This document shows, one piece after another, positions 52,977 to 63,913 of a stretch of DNA of 64,000 nt. Under the pieces are notes generated by a model. It was not told where the DNA came from, did no database searches, and worked only from the letters and a program-made list of their open reading frames with translations. Position numbers and translations under genes: made by a program. Each line of letters opens with the position of its first letter. The stretch's first letter is position 1. The stretch is from an uncultured Gemmatimonadales bacterium (GTDB lineage: Bacteria > Gemmatimonadota > Gemmatimonadetes > Gemmatimonadales > GWC2-71-9), in contig CAWCFX010000001.1 of NCBI GenBank assembly GCA_963795085.1, positions 512,001 to 576,000 on the forward strand. The letters are read 5' to 3'.

Positions 52977-54329
52977 CTAGCTCTTGTCGGCGGTCGTCTC
53001 TTTTCCCTCCGGCACTCCGGGTTTCTCCTGCGGCGCCCAGACCCGGACCGTCTTCACCCGGCGGCCTTCCATCTCGCCCACTTCCAGCCCGAAGCCCTGC
53101 ACGGTGACCCGGTCTCCCGGACGGGGGAGGCGGCCCAGTTCGCCGAAGATATACCCCCCCACGGTGGTGTACTCGGTATCGTCGACATCGACGTCGAACT
53201 CGGTGTTGAAATCGGTGATCGGCAGGGCACCGTCCACCACCGGCGCTCCCTGTTCCACCTGGCCGGTCGTCTCGGCGCGGTCGTACTCGTCATAGATCGC
53301 GCCGACGATCTCCTCCAGCAGGTCCTCCATGGTGACCAGGCCCGCGGTTCCCCCGTACTCGTCCAGCACGATGGCGAGATGGACCTTGAGCCGTTTCATA
53401 TCGGCCAGTACATCCTCCACCTCCCGGGTGCCCGGCACGAAGAGCGGGGTCCGCATGATGGCCGACACCCGGTCCTCCGGGTTGGCGCGGAGCCGGATCA
53501 GGATATCCTTGGCGAGGACCACTCCAACGATCTCGTCGATGGTCTCCGCATAGACCGGGTACCGGGAGCGGCTCGCCTGGGCCACTTCGTCCGCCGCTTC
53601 GGCCACGGTCAGGTCGCTGGCGATCGCGGCCATCTGGGTCCGCGGCGTCATCACGTCCTGGGCGACCTTCTCGGTAAACTCGAAGACCCCTTCGATCAGC
53701 CGCGCGTCCTCCTCGCCCAGCCCGCCGCCTTCCTGGCTCTGCTCGACCAGCATCCGGATCTCTTCGGGCGAATGGAGCCGCTCGTGCTCGCCGGGCGGGT
53801 TGATCCGGGCCAGGCGGAGCAGCCGGTTGGCGGTGCCGTTCAGCAGCGCGATCGGTGCGGCCATCACCCAGGTAAATCCCATGAGCGGGGCCGCGACCCA
53901 GCGGCTGACATGCTCCGGATAAAGGAGTGCCAGGGCCTTGGGAACCAGTTCGCCCAGGATGATATGCAGGACGGCGATAATGCTGAACGCGATGATCACC
54001 GACACGGTGTGGGTGGCGAAGGCCGCCGCGGCGGGGGGCAGCCAGCTGAAACCGTTGTCGATCAGGTGGGCCAGGGCCGGCTCCCCGATCCACCCCAGCC
54101 CCAGCGAGGCGAGGGTAATGCCCAACTGGGTGGCCGAGATGTACCGGTCCAGGTGGGTGATCGCGCGGCGAGCCAGGGCGGCCTTCTTGTCGCCATTCCG
54201 GGCCATCTCCTCCAACCGGGTCTTCCGGGATCCCACCAGCGCAAATTCGGCGGCCACGAAGAAGGCGTTGGCCAGCACCAGCAGGACCACGGAGAAAAGG
54301 CCCAGCAGCATTCGCGAAGGTTCATCCAT
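52977..54329 (-). CDS. Hemolysin-family CNNM/CBS/CorC protein
   Basis: FFVAAEFA, GELVPK, VMTPR, DEYGGTAGLVTMED. Confidence 0.92.
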   Translation of the reverse strand: MDEPSRMLLGLFSVVLLVLANAFFVAAEFALVGSRKTRLEEMARNGDKKAALARRAITHLDRYISATQLGITLASLGLGWIGEPALAHLIDNGFSWLPPAAAAFATHTVSVIIAFSIIAVLHIILGELVPKALALLYPEHVSRWVAAPLMGFTWVMAAPIALLNGTANRLLRLARINPPGEHERLHSPEEIRMLVEQSQEGGGLGEEDARLIEGVFEFTEKVAQDVMTPRTQMAAIASDLTVAEAADEVAQASRSRYPVYAETIDEIVGVVLAKDILIRLRANPEDRVSAIMRTPLFVPGTREVEDVLADMKRLKVHLAIVLDEYGGTAGLVTMEDLLEEIVGAIYDEYDRAETTGQVEQGAPVVDGALPITDFNTEFDVDVDDTEYTTVGGYIFGELGRLPRPGDRVTVQGFGLEVGEMEGRRVKTVRVWAPQEKPGVPEGKETTADKS

Positions 54330-54417
54330 GGGGATAAGGTTAGCGCCTATGGGTCCGGGGAGCGAGTGATCGGGGACCATCGGGCGGCTCATTAGCTCCA
54401 GGGATCACTGTAAAGTG

Positions 54418-54446
54418 TTGTCCTGCAAACGCATACACACTATGCT
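54418..54446 (+). promoter_or_regulatory. Putative sigma70 promoter of the leaderless CDF gene
   Basis: TTGTCC-17 bp-TATGCT, 6 nt before ATG. Confidence 0.55.
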
Positions 54447-54452
54447 TCAGCC

Positions 54453-55376
54453 ATGAGGCCGCCTCCCGACTTCTGCGTGGTGCCCCCGCCGGCACCGGTA
54501 ACCCGCCGCCTCTGGATCGTGCTGGTCCTGACCGGCGGCTTCATGGTGGTGGAGGCGGTCGGCGGGTACCTGAGCGGCTCCCTGGCGCTGCTGGCGGACG
54601 CGGGGCACATGCTCACCGACGTCGGGGCGATTGGCCTTTCACTGCTGACGGCCTGGATCGCCCAGCGGCCGGCGGACCGGAGCAAGACCTACGGTTACCT
54701 CCGGTGGGAAATCCTCGCCGCCTTGATCAACGGGGCGACCCTTTTCCTGATCGCCGGGTGGGTGGTCATCGAGGCCATTGGCCGGATCGGCCAGCCTCGG
54801 GAGATCGACGCCGGCATCTTTGTAACGGTGGCGGCGGTCGGCCTGCTGGTCAATGTCACGGGGCTGGTGCTGCTGCACGGATCGCACCGGGGCCATCTCA
54901 ACGCCCGGGGCGTCTATCTCCATATCCTGAGCGACCTGCTGGGATCCGTCGGCGCCCTGGGTGCGGCCCTGGTGGTCGCCCTGAGCGGATGGACCCTCGC
55001 CGATCCCCTGATTTCCATCGTGCTGTCGATGCTCATCCTGGCGGGGGCCTGGCGGCTGGTCCGGGAGAGCACCGATATCCTGCTGGAGGCGGTGCCGGGG
55101 CATGTCTCCATGGAAGCGGTGCAGGCGCGGATGCTGGCGGTGCCGGGGGTGGCGACGGTCCATGATCTTCATGTCTGGACCGTGACCAGCGGCCTGGTGG
55201 CCATGAGCGGCCATGCGGTGGTGCCCGCGCTGGACGATCATCCGGCCGCCCTCGACGAGATCCGGCGGGAGATGGCGGGGCTCGGCATCGGGCATGTGAC
55301 GATTCAACTGGAGACCCGGCACGGTTGTCTGGAGATCCCCGGGGTCCGCCCCGAGCACGCGGGGCATGGCCATTAG
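54453..55376 (+). CDS. Cation diffusion facilitator (CzcD/ZitB-like)
   Basis: SLALLADAGHMLTD, HILSD, HDLHVW, HVTIQLE. Confidence 0.92.
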   Translation: MRPPPDFCVVPPPAPVTRRLWIVLVLTGGFMVVEAVGGYLSGSLALLADAGHMLTDVGAIGLSLLTAWIAQRPADRSKTYGYLRWEILAALINGATLFLIAGWVVIEAIGRIGQPREIDAGIFVTVAAVGLLVNVTGLVLLHGSHRGHLNARGVYLHILSDLLGSVGALGAALVVALSGWTLADPLISIVLSMLILAGAWRLVRESTDILLEAVPGHVSMEAVQARMLAVPGVATVHDLHVWTVTSGLVAMSGHAVVPALDDHPAALDEIRREMAGLGIGHVTIQLETRHGCLEIPGVRPEHAGHGH

Positions 55377-55403
55377 GGGTGGGGGACGGGAGCACCGGAA
55401 ACC

Positions 55404-55428
55404 GGCGCGGCGCGAGGCCGCGTTTTTT
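55404..55428 (+). terminator. Intrinsic terminator after the CDF gene
   Basis: CGCGGC-GCGAG-GCCGCG followed by T6. Confidence 0.65.
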
Positions 55429-55564
55429 GTGCCTTGCCACAGGGGCGTACCGTGTCTATATATGCCGCCTTCAAGGCGGTTGCCGGTCAGGCCCCCGCCC
55501 CTCGTGTGGCCAGCGTACCCGGCGAATGGCACACTGGCGCACCGGTACAGGAGCAGGTAGAGAG

Positions 55565-57421
<1,857 letters not shown>

Positions 57422-57483
57422 ACAGGGACCGGTAGCAGTCAGGCAGAAAAAGCTGGGTTCACCATTCTTTGCCGGAGGGACAC

Positions 57484-57741
57484 ATGTCGGCCTGGGAAGC
57501 GTCGATTGAAGCGATCGAACTGCGGCGTCGTCCGGACGATGACGACGAGTTCGAGGACGATGGCTTCACGTTCGACGACGAAGACGAGGACGACTTCGAC
57601 GACGAGGACGAAGACTTCGACGACGAAGACGACGACTTCGATGATGACGACGAAGATGACATCGAAGAATTCGATTTCAACGAGGACGAGGACGAAGATG
57701 CCAAGCCCCGCCGCCGCACTCGGGGGGGAGACGGCTTCTAA
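57484..57741 (+). CDS. Small highly acidic D/E/F-repeat protein
   Basis: GGAGG RBS; codon-phased GAC/GAA/GAG/TTC repeats. Confidence 0.65.
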   Translation: MSAWEASIEAIELRRRPDDDDEFEDDGFTFDDEDEDDFDDEDEDFDDEDDDFDDDDEDDIEEFDFNEDEDEDAKPRRRTRGGDGF

Positions 57742-57829
57742 CCGCCCTGCATCGATGGTGGGCGGTCCCCAGGCGGAGCTTGAATCGGCCCGGTGGACCG
57801 CTTACGTTCTCCCCCGGGAACCAAGGTTG

Positions 57830-57903
<74 letters not shown>

Positions 57904-58024
57904 TTCCCTTCCCCCTTTTCTCCCACCGCACCTCCCCCTCAGTTTCCCACCGGCCGGCCGATACCTTCGGCCCTCCACCGGGCTCTGCCTCCGCCGTTTC
58001 ACACCCGCGTGGTAAGCTGTCACC

Positions 58025-58185
58025 GGCGAGGTATCCCCGGAACACAGGCATGGCGCGTCAATGGTAAGGAGGGAGGCCTTGGCATCATCCGCACCGCTTT
58101 GGTACGGCCTTTCTCGTGGTGACTTCGCCAGCCCGGCCGCCGAATCTCCAGCCACCCATGGTGCGTAGGCAGCGGGATAGTTGCC
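58025..58185 (+). ncRNA. Candidate rod-shaped ncRNA, 6S RNA-like
   Basis: Extended -10 TGgTAAGCT; GGCGA/TTGCC and TATCCCCG/CGGGATA closing stems; GGGAGGC/GCCACCC inner stem around a central bubble. Confidence 0.45.
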
Positions 58186-58213
58186 AGAGCTTTCTCCTTT
58201 CCGAGACGATGCC

Positions 58214-58711
58214 ATGGTTTTCCTGCTTGCGTTCGCGTTCTCGCTGGTGCCTTTCATTCCCAACCCGGTTCCTTCGCCGCGCGAAGAAGTCCTGGCCGTC
58301 ACCCAGCGGATGGTGGTGGCCATGGAACGGCGGGATACCGCCGCACTGGCCGCGGTCTTCGCCCCCGGGGCCCGGCTGGTGGGCATGCGGACCCGAGCCG
58401 GCGACAGCGTGCCCTTCTTCCAGGAACTGACGGTGGAGCAGTTCGCACGGTTCGTCGGGCGAGACTCGCTGCGCGGCCCCTGGATCGAGCGCCTCTGGGA
58501 GCCGGAGGTCCGCATCGAGGGCACCCTCGCCTCGGTATGGGCCCGTTACGACTTTCACTTCGGCCAGCGCTTCAGCCACTGCGGGGTGGACGCCTTTCAC
58601 CTGCTGAAGACGCGGGATGGGTGGCGGATTACCGCACTGGCGGACACCTACCAGACCGAGGGCTGTCCCCGGCGCCCTGTCCCCCAGCCATCCGCTCGGA
58701 GCAAGCCATGA
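58214..58711 (+). CDS. NTF2/SnoaL-like secreted protein
   Basis: LASVWARYDF..FSHCGVDAFHL..GWRI. Confidence 0.8.
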   Translation: MVFLLAFAFSLVPFIPNPVPSPREEVLAVTQRMVVAMERRDTAALAAVFAPGARLVGMRTRAGDSVPFFQELTVEQFARFVGRDSLRGPWIERLWEPEVRIEGTLASVWARYDFHFGQRFSHCGVDAFHLLKTRDGWRITALADTYQTEGCPRRPVPQPSARSKP

Positions 58712-59823
58712 AGGCCGCCCGTCTTGCCGTGTTTGCGCTCCTCTTCGCGGCTCCCGCGGCGACGCATGCGCAGGAGGTGGCGCGCGACCGCGGTGCCCGC
58801 ATGGTCCGCCTGGCGGAGGGGGTCTTCACCATCCTCCATGAAGACGCCACCCACGAATGGCCCACCAACACGATGGACTGGCCCCATGGGAACACCGGCG
58901 TCATCCTCGGCGCTGCGGGGGTGCTGGTGGTGGATGCCACCCTGTACCCTTCGCGTGCCCGGGCCGACATCGGGCTCATCCGCGCGGTCACCAACCTGCC
59001 GGTACGCTGGCTGGTCAACACCCACTGGCACGGCGATCACACCCATGGCAACGCGGTCTACCGGGACTCCTTTCCCGGCCTGGCCATCATCGGAGCCCGC
59101 CAGAACCGCGACTTCATCGCGGTGAACCAGGCCCGGTATCCCACCTCGGCCGTCGCCCCCGGCTCGGCTCTCCGGGGCATCGTGGCCCACCTGGATTCGG
59201 TCCGCCGGTCCGGCCGCGACAGCACCGGGCGGCGATACAGCCCGGCCGAACTGGCCACCCTCGAAACCATCATTGGCGAGCGGAGGGTCCAGCTCGAGGA
59301 GTACGCCCAGGTCCGGGTCTCGCCGCCCGATGTCCTGTTCGATGGGAGCATGGCGCTCGACCTGGGCGCGCGGGCGGTGGAACTGGTGGACCGGGGCCGG
59401 GCCAACAGCCCCCACGACGTCACCGTGTACCTGCCCGCCGAGCGAATTCTCTTTAGCGGGGATATCGTCGTGCATCCCGTCCCCTATGCGTGGGAGTCCT
59501 ACCCGGTGCCGTGGATCGACGTGCTGCGGGCGCTCGAGGCGACGCCCATCACCGCCATGGTCCCCGGCCACGGGCCCGTCATGCATGATCACCGCTACAC
59601 CGCGCAGGTTCGCCGGCTGCTGGAGGCCACCCGGGAGCGGGCGGCGCGGCTGCTGGCCGCTGGGCAGTCCATCGCGGCGACGGCCGGAAAGGTGGACCTT
59701 GCTGACCAGCGGGCTGTCTTCGTCACCCCCGACGATCCCCTCACCGGCATCCTCTGGCGCGACTCCATCCTGGGCGCCATGGTGGAACGCATGGCTGCCT
59801 GCGTCACCGGCTATCGCTGCTGA
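58708..59823 (+). CDS. MBL-fold metallo-hydrolase (secreted)
   Basis: NTHWHGDHTHGN, FSGD, PGHG. Confidence 0.88.
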   Translation: MKAARLAVFALLFAAPAATHAQEVARDRGARMVRLAEGVFTILHEDATHEWPTNTMDWPHGNTGVILGAAGVLVVDATLYPSRARADIGLIRAVTNLPVRWLVNTHWHGDHTHGNAVYRDSFPGLAIIGARQNRDFIAVNQARYPTSAVAPGSALRGIVAHLDSVRRSGRDSTGRRYSPAELATLETIIGERRVQLEEYAQVRVSPPDVLFDGSMALDLGARAVELVDRGRANSPHDVTVYLPAERILFSGDIVVHPVPYAWESYPVPWIDVLRALEATPITAMVPGHGPVMHDHRYTAQVRRLLEATRERAARLLAAGQSIAATAGKVDLADQRAVFVTPDDPLTGILWRDSILGAMVERMAACVTGYRC

Positions 59824-59841
59824 GGGGTTTAGTTTCCCGGC

Positions 59842-60339
59842 ATGGGTGACGTGTTCGCGATCCTGCTGCTGCTCGCCAGCGTCGTGGTTGGGCTGCTGCT
59901 CATTCCGCTGGGGCTGCCCGGGCTCTGGGTCATGCTCCTGGGGCTGATCGGCTACGGGGCGCTCACCGATTTCCGCACGGTGGGACTGCTCACCCTCGCC
60001 CTCGCCACCGGTCTGGCGTTCTCTGGCGAGGTGGTCGAGTCCTGGGCCGGCTTCCGCTATGCCCGGAAGCACGGGGGGTCCCGGCGCGCCGGGTGGGGAG
60101 CCGTGATCGGCGGGCTGGTCGGCGCGTTCGCCGGGATTCCCATCCCCATCCTTGGGAGCATCATCGGGTCCTTTCTCGGGTCCTTTGCCGGCGCGGCGAT
60201 TTTCGAGTTCACCAGGTCCCCCGCGAACGCGGCGGGCGCCGGCTGGGGCGCCCTGGTTGGCCGGGTGGTGGCCACCGCCTTCAAGGTCGCGCTCGGTTTC
60301 CTGATTGCCCTCTTGGGCCTGATCGCCGTCCTCCGGTAG
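59842..60339 (+). CDS. DUF456 family membrane protein
   Basis: LGLPG, KHGGSRRAGWGA, GA...E pattern. Confidence 0.8.
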   Translation: MGDVFAILLLLASVVVGLLLIPLGLPGLWVMLLGLIGYGALTDFRTVGLLTLALATGLAFSGEVVESWAGFRYARKHGGSRRAGWGAVIGGLVGAFAGIPIPILGSIIGSFLGSFAGAAIFEFTRSPANAAGAGWGALVGRVVATAFKVALGFLIALLGLIAVLR

Positions 60340-60356
60340 GCTCTGGCCGCGTGGCC

Positions 60357-60370
60357 GTGACGCAGGTCGC
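60357..60370 (+). promoter_or_regulatory. CRP/FNR-like box GTGACGCAGGTCGC (copy 1)
   Basis: GTGA-N6-TCGC, centred 41.5 bp before ATG 60405. Confidence 0.5.
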
Positions 60371-60404
60371 ATCCCGAAGCGCGGGTGCGGCCTTTCTTTT
60401 TGCC

Positions 60405-61109
60405 ATGGCCATCCTGCAAAAACGGACCTGGCGCCAACCCGCCGGGGAACCCGCTCTCCCCAAGATCGCGCTCCGGGCCCGCCGGAAATTCCTCAGGTTC
60501 TTCCCGGGGGGATTTCGCGACCCCACCTACCTGGAGTGGGAACGGGATTACAAGTGGCAGGCCCACGATTCCTGGGAGCAGTCCCTGGGCGACGAGGTGT
60601 ATGCCGCCCGGCTCGATCGCGGCGATTTCGCGGCCATCGCGGCCGATGCGGTGCGGATCGAATCCGCCACCAACCTGCTGTTCTCCTTTGAGAAGATGGC
60701 GCTCCGCGATGCGGTGCGATCCGCAACCGGTGCCCGGCAGTTTGCCGCGGGCCTCTACCAGTGGCTCTATGGCGAAGGGGAAGACCGCGACCGGTTCGAA
60801 TCCTGGGTCGCCACAGTCGGCGACCTGCCCCGAAGGCAGACCCGGGTCCTGACCTGGCCGCTGGTGACCGTGTTTGGATTCCTCGCCCGGCCGTATGTGC
60901 ACATGTTCCTGAAGCCCCGGGTGACCCGGCAGGCCGCGCTCGAATACGGCTTTGATTTCGAGTACCGGCCGGAGCCCAACTGGGATACTTACGCCGGTCT
61001 CCTCGCCTTTGCCCGCCGGATCAAGCGCGATACCCGGGACCTTCGCCCCCGGGACATGATCGACGCCCAGTCCTTCATCTGGGTTCAGGGCTCGGATGAG
61101 TACGACTAG
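60405..61109 (+). CDS. Hypothetical alpha-helical protein
   Basis: GC3-biased ORF; RKFLRFFPGGF..DMIDAQSFIWV. Confidence 0.75.
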   Translation: MAILQKRTWRQPAGEPALPKIALRARRKFLRFFPGGFRDPTYLEWERDYKWQAHDSWEQSLGDEVYAARLDRGDFAAIAADAVRIESATNLLFSFEKMALRDAVRSATGARQFAAGLYQWLYGEGEDRDRFESWVATVGDLPRRQTRVLTWPLVTVFGFLARPYVHMFLKPRVTRQAALEYGFDFEYRPEPNWDTYAGLLAFARRIKRDTRDLRPRDMIDAQSFIWVQGSDEYD

Positions 61110-61115
61110 CGGTCG

Positions 61116-61157
61116 GTGACGCAGGTCGCGGGGCCGGGCCCGTTTCCCCGTTATCCT
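61116..61157 (+). promoter_or_regulatory. CRP/FNR-like box (copy 2) with -10 TATCCT
   Basis: Identical 14-mer at 61116-61129; TATCCT at 61152-61157 gives class II spacing. Confidence 0.55.
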
Positions 61158-61232
61158 CGTCTATCGCCAGGCTTTTCACGGGTGCCTGGCGCCGAACACC
61201 ACAGCTGACGACCGGAGCCGAGCTTGCCTGAG

Positions 61233-61310
61233 TCGGGCCAGCGGGCCAGTGGGTCAGCGGGTCAGTGGGTCAGCGGGTCAGTGGGTCAGTAGGCCAGTGG
61301 GTCAGTAGGT
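61233..61310. repeat. Octamer tract (GGGTCAGT/GGGCCAGC)n
   Basis: About 9 tandem 8-mers. Confidence 0.8.
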
Positions 61311-61329
61311 TCATCATAAGGAGGGCACC

Positions 61330-61596
61330 ATGAAACAGGTCAAGGATCCCGTGTGCGGCATGATGATTGACCCGGCGACGGCGGCCGGCCAGACGACCCG
61401 TGACGACACCACGTACTACTTCTGTTCCGATTCCTGCCGGACGGCATTTGAGTCGGAGCCCGACCAGTACACCACGGAGAAACACGAGCCGCCCTTCACG
61501 GTATCAAAAAGCGGAATGACAGCGCCCAAGTTCGGCTCTGCCGGGAGTGGTGGCGCCGAGCTGGAGCCCGGGCCGGAACGACACGGCAAGAAATGA
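61330..61596 (+). CDS. YHS domain protein
   Basis: [30 protein letters not shown]. Confidence 0.85.
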   Translation: MKQVKDPVCGMMIDPATAAGQTTRDDTTYYFCSDSCRTAFESEPDQYTTEKHEPPFTVSKSGMTAPKFGSAGSGGAELEPGPERHGKK

Positions 61597-61736
61597 GTGT
61601 GGGCAGGGCGGCCGGTGCGGCGGAGTCATCCCGCCGTACCGGGCGCTCGTTTTCCAGGATATCGCCAATGTGTCGCGGTATTAGGTTACGGGTGGTTCAG
61701 TCCGCGGTTCGGCCTTCTCCCACCCAGGGTGCCTGC

Positions 61737-62069
61737 ATGAACGAACGGATGACGTCCACGACGTTCGATCTCCCCGGCTATCACGTGGTAGAATCCCTCG
61801 GTGTCGTGCGGGGGATCACGGTGCGCTCCCGGTCCGTGTTCGGCACCATCGGCGCGGCCCTGCAGACCCTCCGCGGCGGCAATATCACCATCCTCACCGA
61901 ACTCTGCGAGATGACCCGGATCGAGGCTTTCCGCATCATGCTGCAGCACGCCGATGAAATCGGGGCCAATGCCGTGCTGGGCGTGCGGTACGACGCGACC
62001 GAGATCCTCAGCGGGGTCACCGAAGTGCTCTGCTACGGCACCGCGGCCCGGGTCGAAGCCGGCGCCTGA
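61737..62069 (+). CDS. YbjQ/UPF0145 family protein
   Basis: [25 protein letters not shown]. Confidence 0.9.
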   Translation: MNERMTSTTFDLPGYHVVESLGVVRGITVRSRSVFGTIGAALQTLRGGNITILTELCEMTRIEAFRIMLQHADEIGANAVLGVRYDATEILSGVTEVLCYGTAARVEAGA

Positions 62070-62108
62070 AACCGGGGCCCGGGTTCCCCCGTCTCGACCC
62101 CGGTGGCT

Positions 62109-62137
62109 GTGACATTCCGCGGGCGCCGGTGTACAAT
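62109..62137 (+). promoter_or_regulatory. Putative sigma70 promoter
   Basis: GTGACA-17 bp-TACAAT. Confidence 0.6.
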
Positions 62138-62182
62138 ACGAAACTTCGTCCCCGAACCCTCACCCCCTTTCCCGGAGGCACC

Positions 62183-62341
62183 ATGCGAGGCGGCCTGGTA
62201 TCGCTCGGTATTCTGCTGCTCATCCTGTGGGTCGTGGGCTTCGTGGTCTTCAAGGTCGCGGGCTTCCTGATCCACATTCTCGTCATCGTCGCGATCGTCA
62301 TGCTGATCGCCGGCTTCTTCCGGCGGGTCGGCGGCAACTGA
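62183..62341 (+). CDS. lmo0937/DUF5670-like small membrane protein
   Basis: LILWVVGF..AGFLIHILV; GGAGG RBS. Confidence 0.8.
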   Translation: MRGGLVSLGILLLILWVVGFVVFKVAGFLIHILVIVAIVMLIAGFFRRVGGN

Positions 62342-62374
62342 AACCGGCTTTTCACATCCTGACCGAGGTTCCCC

Positions 62375-63913
62375 ATGCGCCTGCCCGCCCTGCTCCTCAC
62401 CTTGTTCGCCGCCGCCGTGGCGGCGCCGCTGCCGGCCCAGACGTTCCGGAACGACGACCCGGTGATTCGCCGGATGTGGGAGGAGGGCATGAACAACTCC
62501 CAGGCGGGATCCCTGGCCCAGGTGCTGATGGATTCAATCGGCCCTCGGCTGGCCGGGTCTCCCGGGTTCGATGCGGCCACCGACTGGCTGGTCCGCACCT
62601 ACAGCCAGTGGGGAGTACCGGTCCGGAAGGAGCGGTACGGAACCTGGCGCGGCTGGCGCTGGGGCGCCGTCCATGCCGACCTGACGGCTCCCCGGGTCCA
62701 GACCATGAACGCCCACCTGCTGGCCTGGAGCGTGGGAACCCAGCGGCCGGTGGAGGGCGCGGTGTTGCTGATGCCGGAGGCCGCCAACCGCCAGGAGTTC
62801 CTGGCCTGGCTGCCCCGGGTCAAAGGCAATTTCGTGCTCTTTGGCGCGCCCGAAGTGATGTGCCGCGCCCAGCAGGAACTGGAAAAGAATGCCACCCCGG
62901 CCACGGTGGCCTGGGTGGACTCAGTCCGAAAAGCCACCCGGGAGAGCTTCACCCGCCGGGTGGCCGGGTACCGCGGCAACAACCTCGGCGCCGTCATGAG
63001 CCTGATCGACTCCGCGGGCGCCGCCGGCATCCTCAGCAGCAACTGGTCCGGAGGCTGGGGCGCCACCCGGGTGTTCAACGCGGAGACCCGCAACGCCGTC
63101 GCGCTGGACCTCTCCTGTGAGGACTACGGACTGCTCTACCGGTTGGCCTCCAACAACCAGGGCCCCCGCTTCCGGGTCTCCGCCGAGAGCCGGGAGCTGG
63201 GCGAGGTGCCCCAGTTCAACGTGATCGCCGAGCTCAAGGGCACCGAGAAGCCCAACGAGTACGTCCTGCTCGGGGCCCACCTCGATTCCTGGCACGGTGC
63301 CACCGGCGCCATGGACAACGGCACCGGCACCATCATGATGCTGGAAGCCATGCGCATCCTGAAAGCGGCCTATCCGTCACCCAAGCGAACCATCCTGGTG
63401 GGGCACTGGGGTGCCGAGGAGCAGGGCCTGATCGGGTCGGGCGCCTTTGCCGAGGATCACCCCGAAGTGATCGAAGGGATGCAGGCGAGCTTCAACCAGG
63501 ACAACGGCACCTGGCGGGTCGAAGTGGTGCAGCCGTACGGGTACATGCAGGGGGTCGGCAATCTCGCCCGCTGGCTCTCCATCGTGCCGCTGGAAATCAC
63601 CACCCACCTGCGGCTCGGGGTGCCCGGAGAAATGGAGAACACCGGCAGCGACCACTCCTCGTTCCTCTGCCGCGGCGCGCCCGGGTTCCGGCTCCAGTCG
63701 GCTTACGACGAGTACCGGCAATACACCTGGCACACGACCCTCGATACCTACGACAAGGTGGTGTTGCCCGATCTCAAGAACAACGCCACCCTGGCGGCCA
63801 TGCTCGCTTACGCCGCGAGCGAGGATCCGGAACGGGTGTCGCGGGCGCAGGCAACCCGCCGGGGCCAGCAGATGCAGTGCCCCCCGGTGGCCCGCCAGTT
63901 CCGGAACCGGTAG
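62375..63913 (+). CDS. M28 family peptidase (carboxypeptidase Q-like)
   Basis: IGPRLAGS, GAHLDSW, GAMDNG, AEEQGL, SDH, WHT..DT. Confidence 0.88.
   Translation: MRLPALLLTLFAAAVAAPLPAQTFRNDDPVIRRMWEEGMNNSQAGSLAQVLMDSIGPRLAGSPGFDAATDWLVRTYSQWGVPVRKERYGTWRGWRWGAVHADLTAPRVQTMNAHLLAWSVGTQRPVEGAVLLMPEAANRQEFLAWLPRVKGNFVLFGAPEVMCRAQQELEKNATPATVAWVDSVRKATRESFTRRVAGYRGNNLGAVMSLIDSAGAAGILSSNWSGGWGATRVFNAETRNAVALDLSCEDYGLLYRLASNNQGPRFRVSAESRELGEVPQFNVIAELKGTEKPNEYVLLGAHLDSWHGATGAMDNGTGTIMMLEAMRILKAAYPSPKRTILVGHWGAEEQGLIGSGAFAEDHPEVIEGMQASFNQDNGTWRVEVVQPYGYMQGVGNLARWLSIVPLEITTHLRLGVPGEMENTGSDHSSFLCRGAPGFRLQSAYDEYRQYTWHTTLDTYDKVVLPDLKNNATLAAMLAYAASEDPERVSRAQATRRGQQMQCPPVARQFRNR

Noticed and set aside
58708..59823. 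Metallo-beta-lactamase resistance gene
   Set aside because: HxHxDH marks the broad MBL fold only; the B1 Cys ligand is absent (FSGD) and nothing indicates beta-lactam activity.
61165..61215. Fluoride riboswitch
   Set aside because: Only the GCTGACGAC-like 3' motif is present; the 5' consensus is missing and no fluoride exporter follows.
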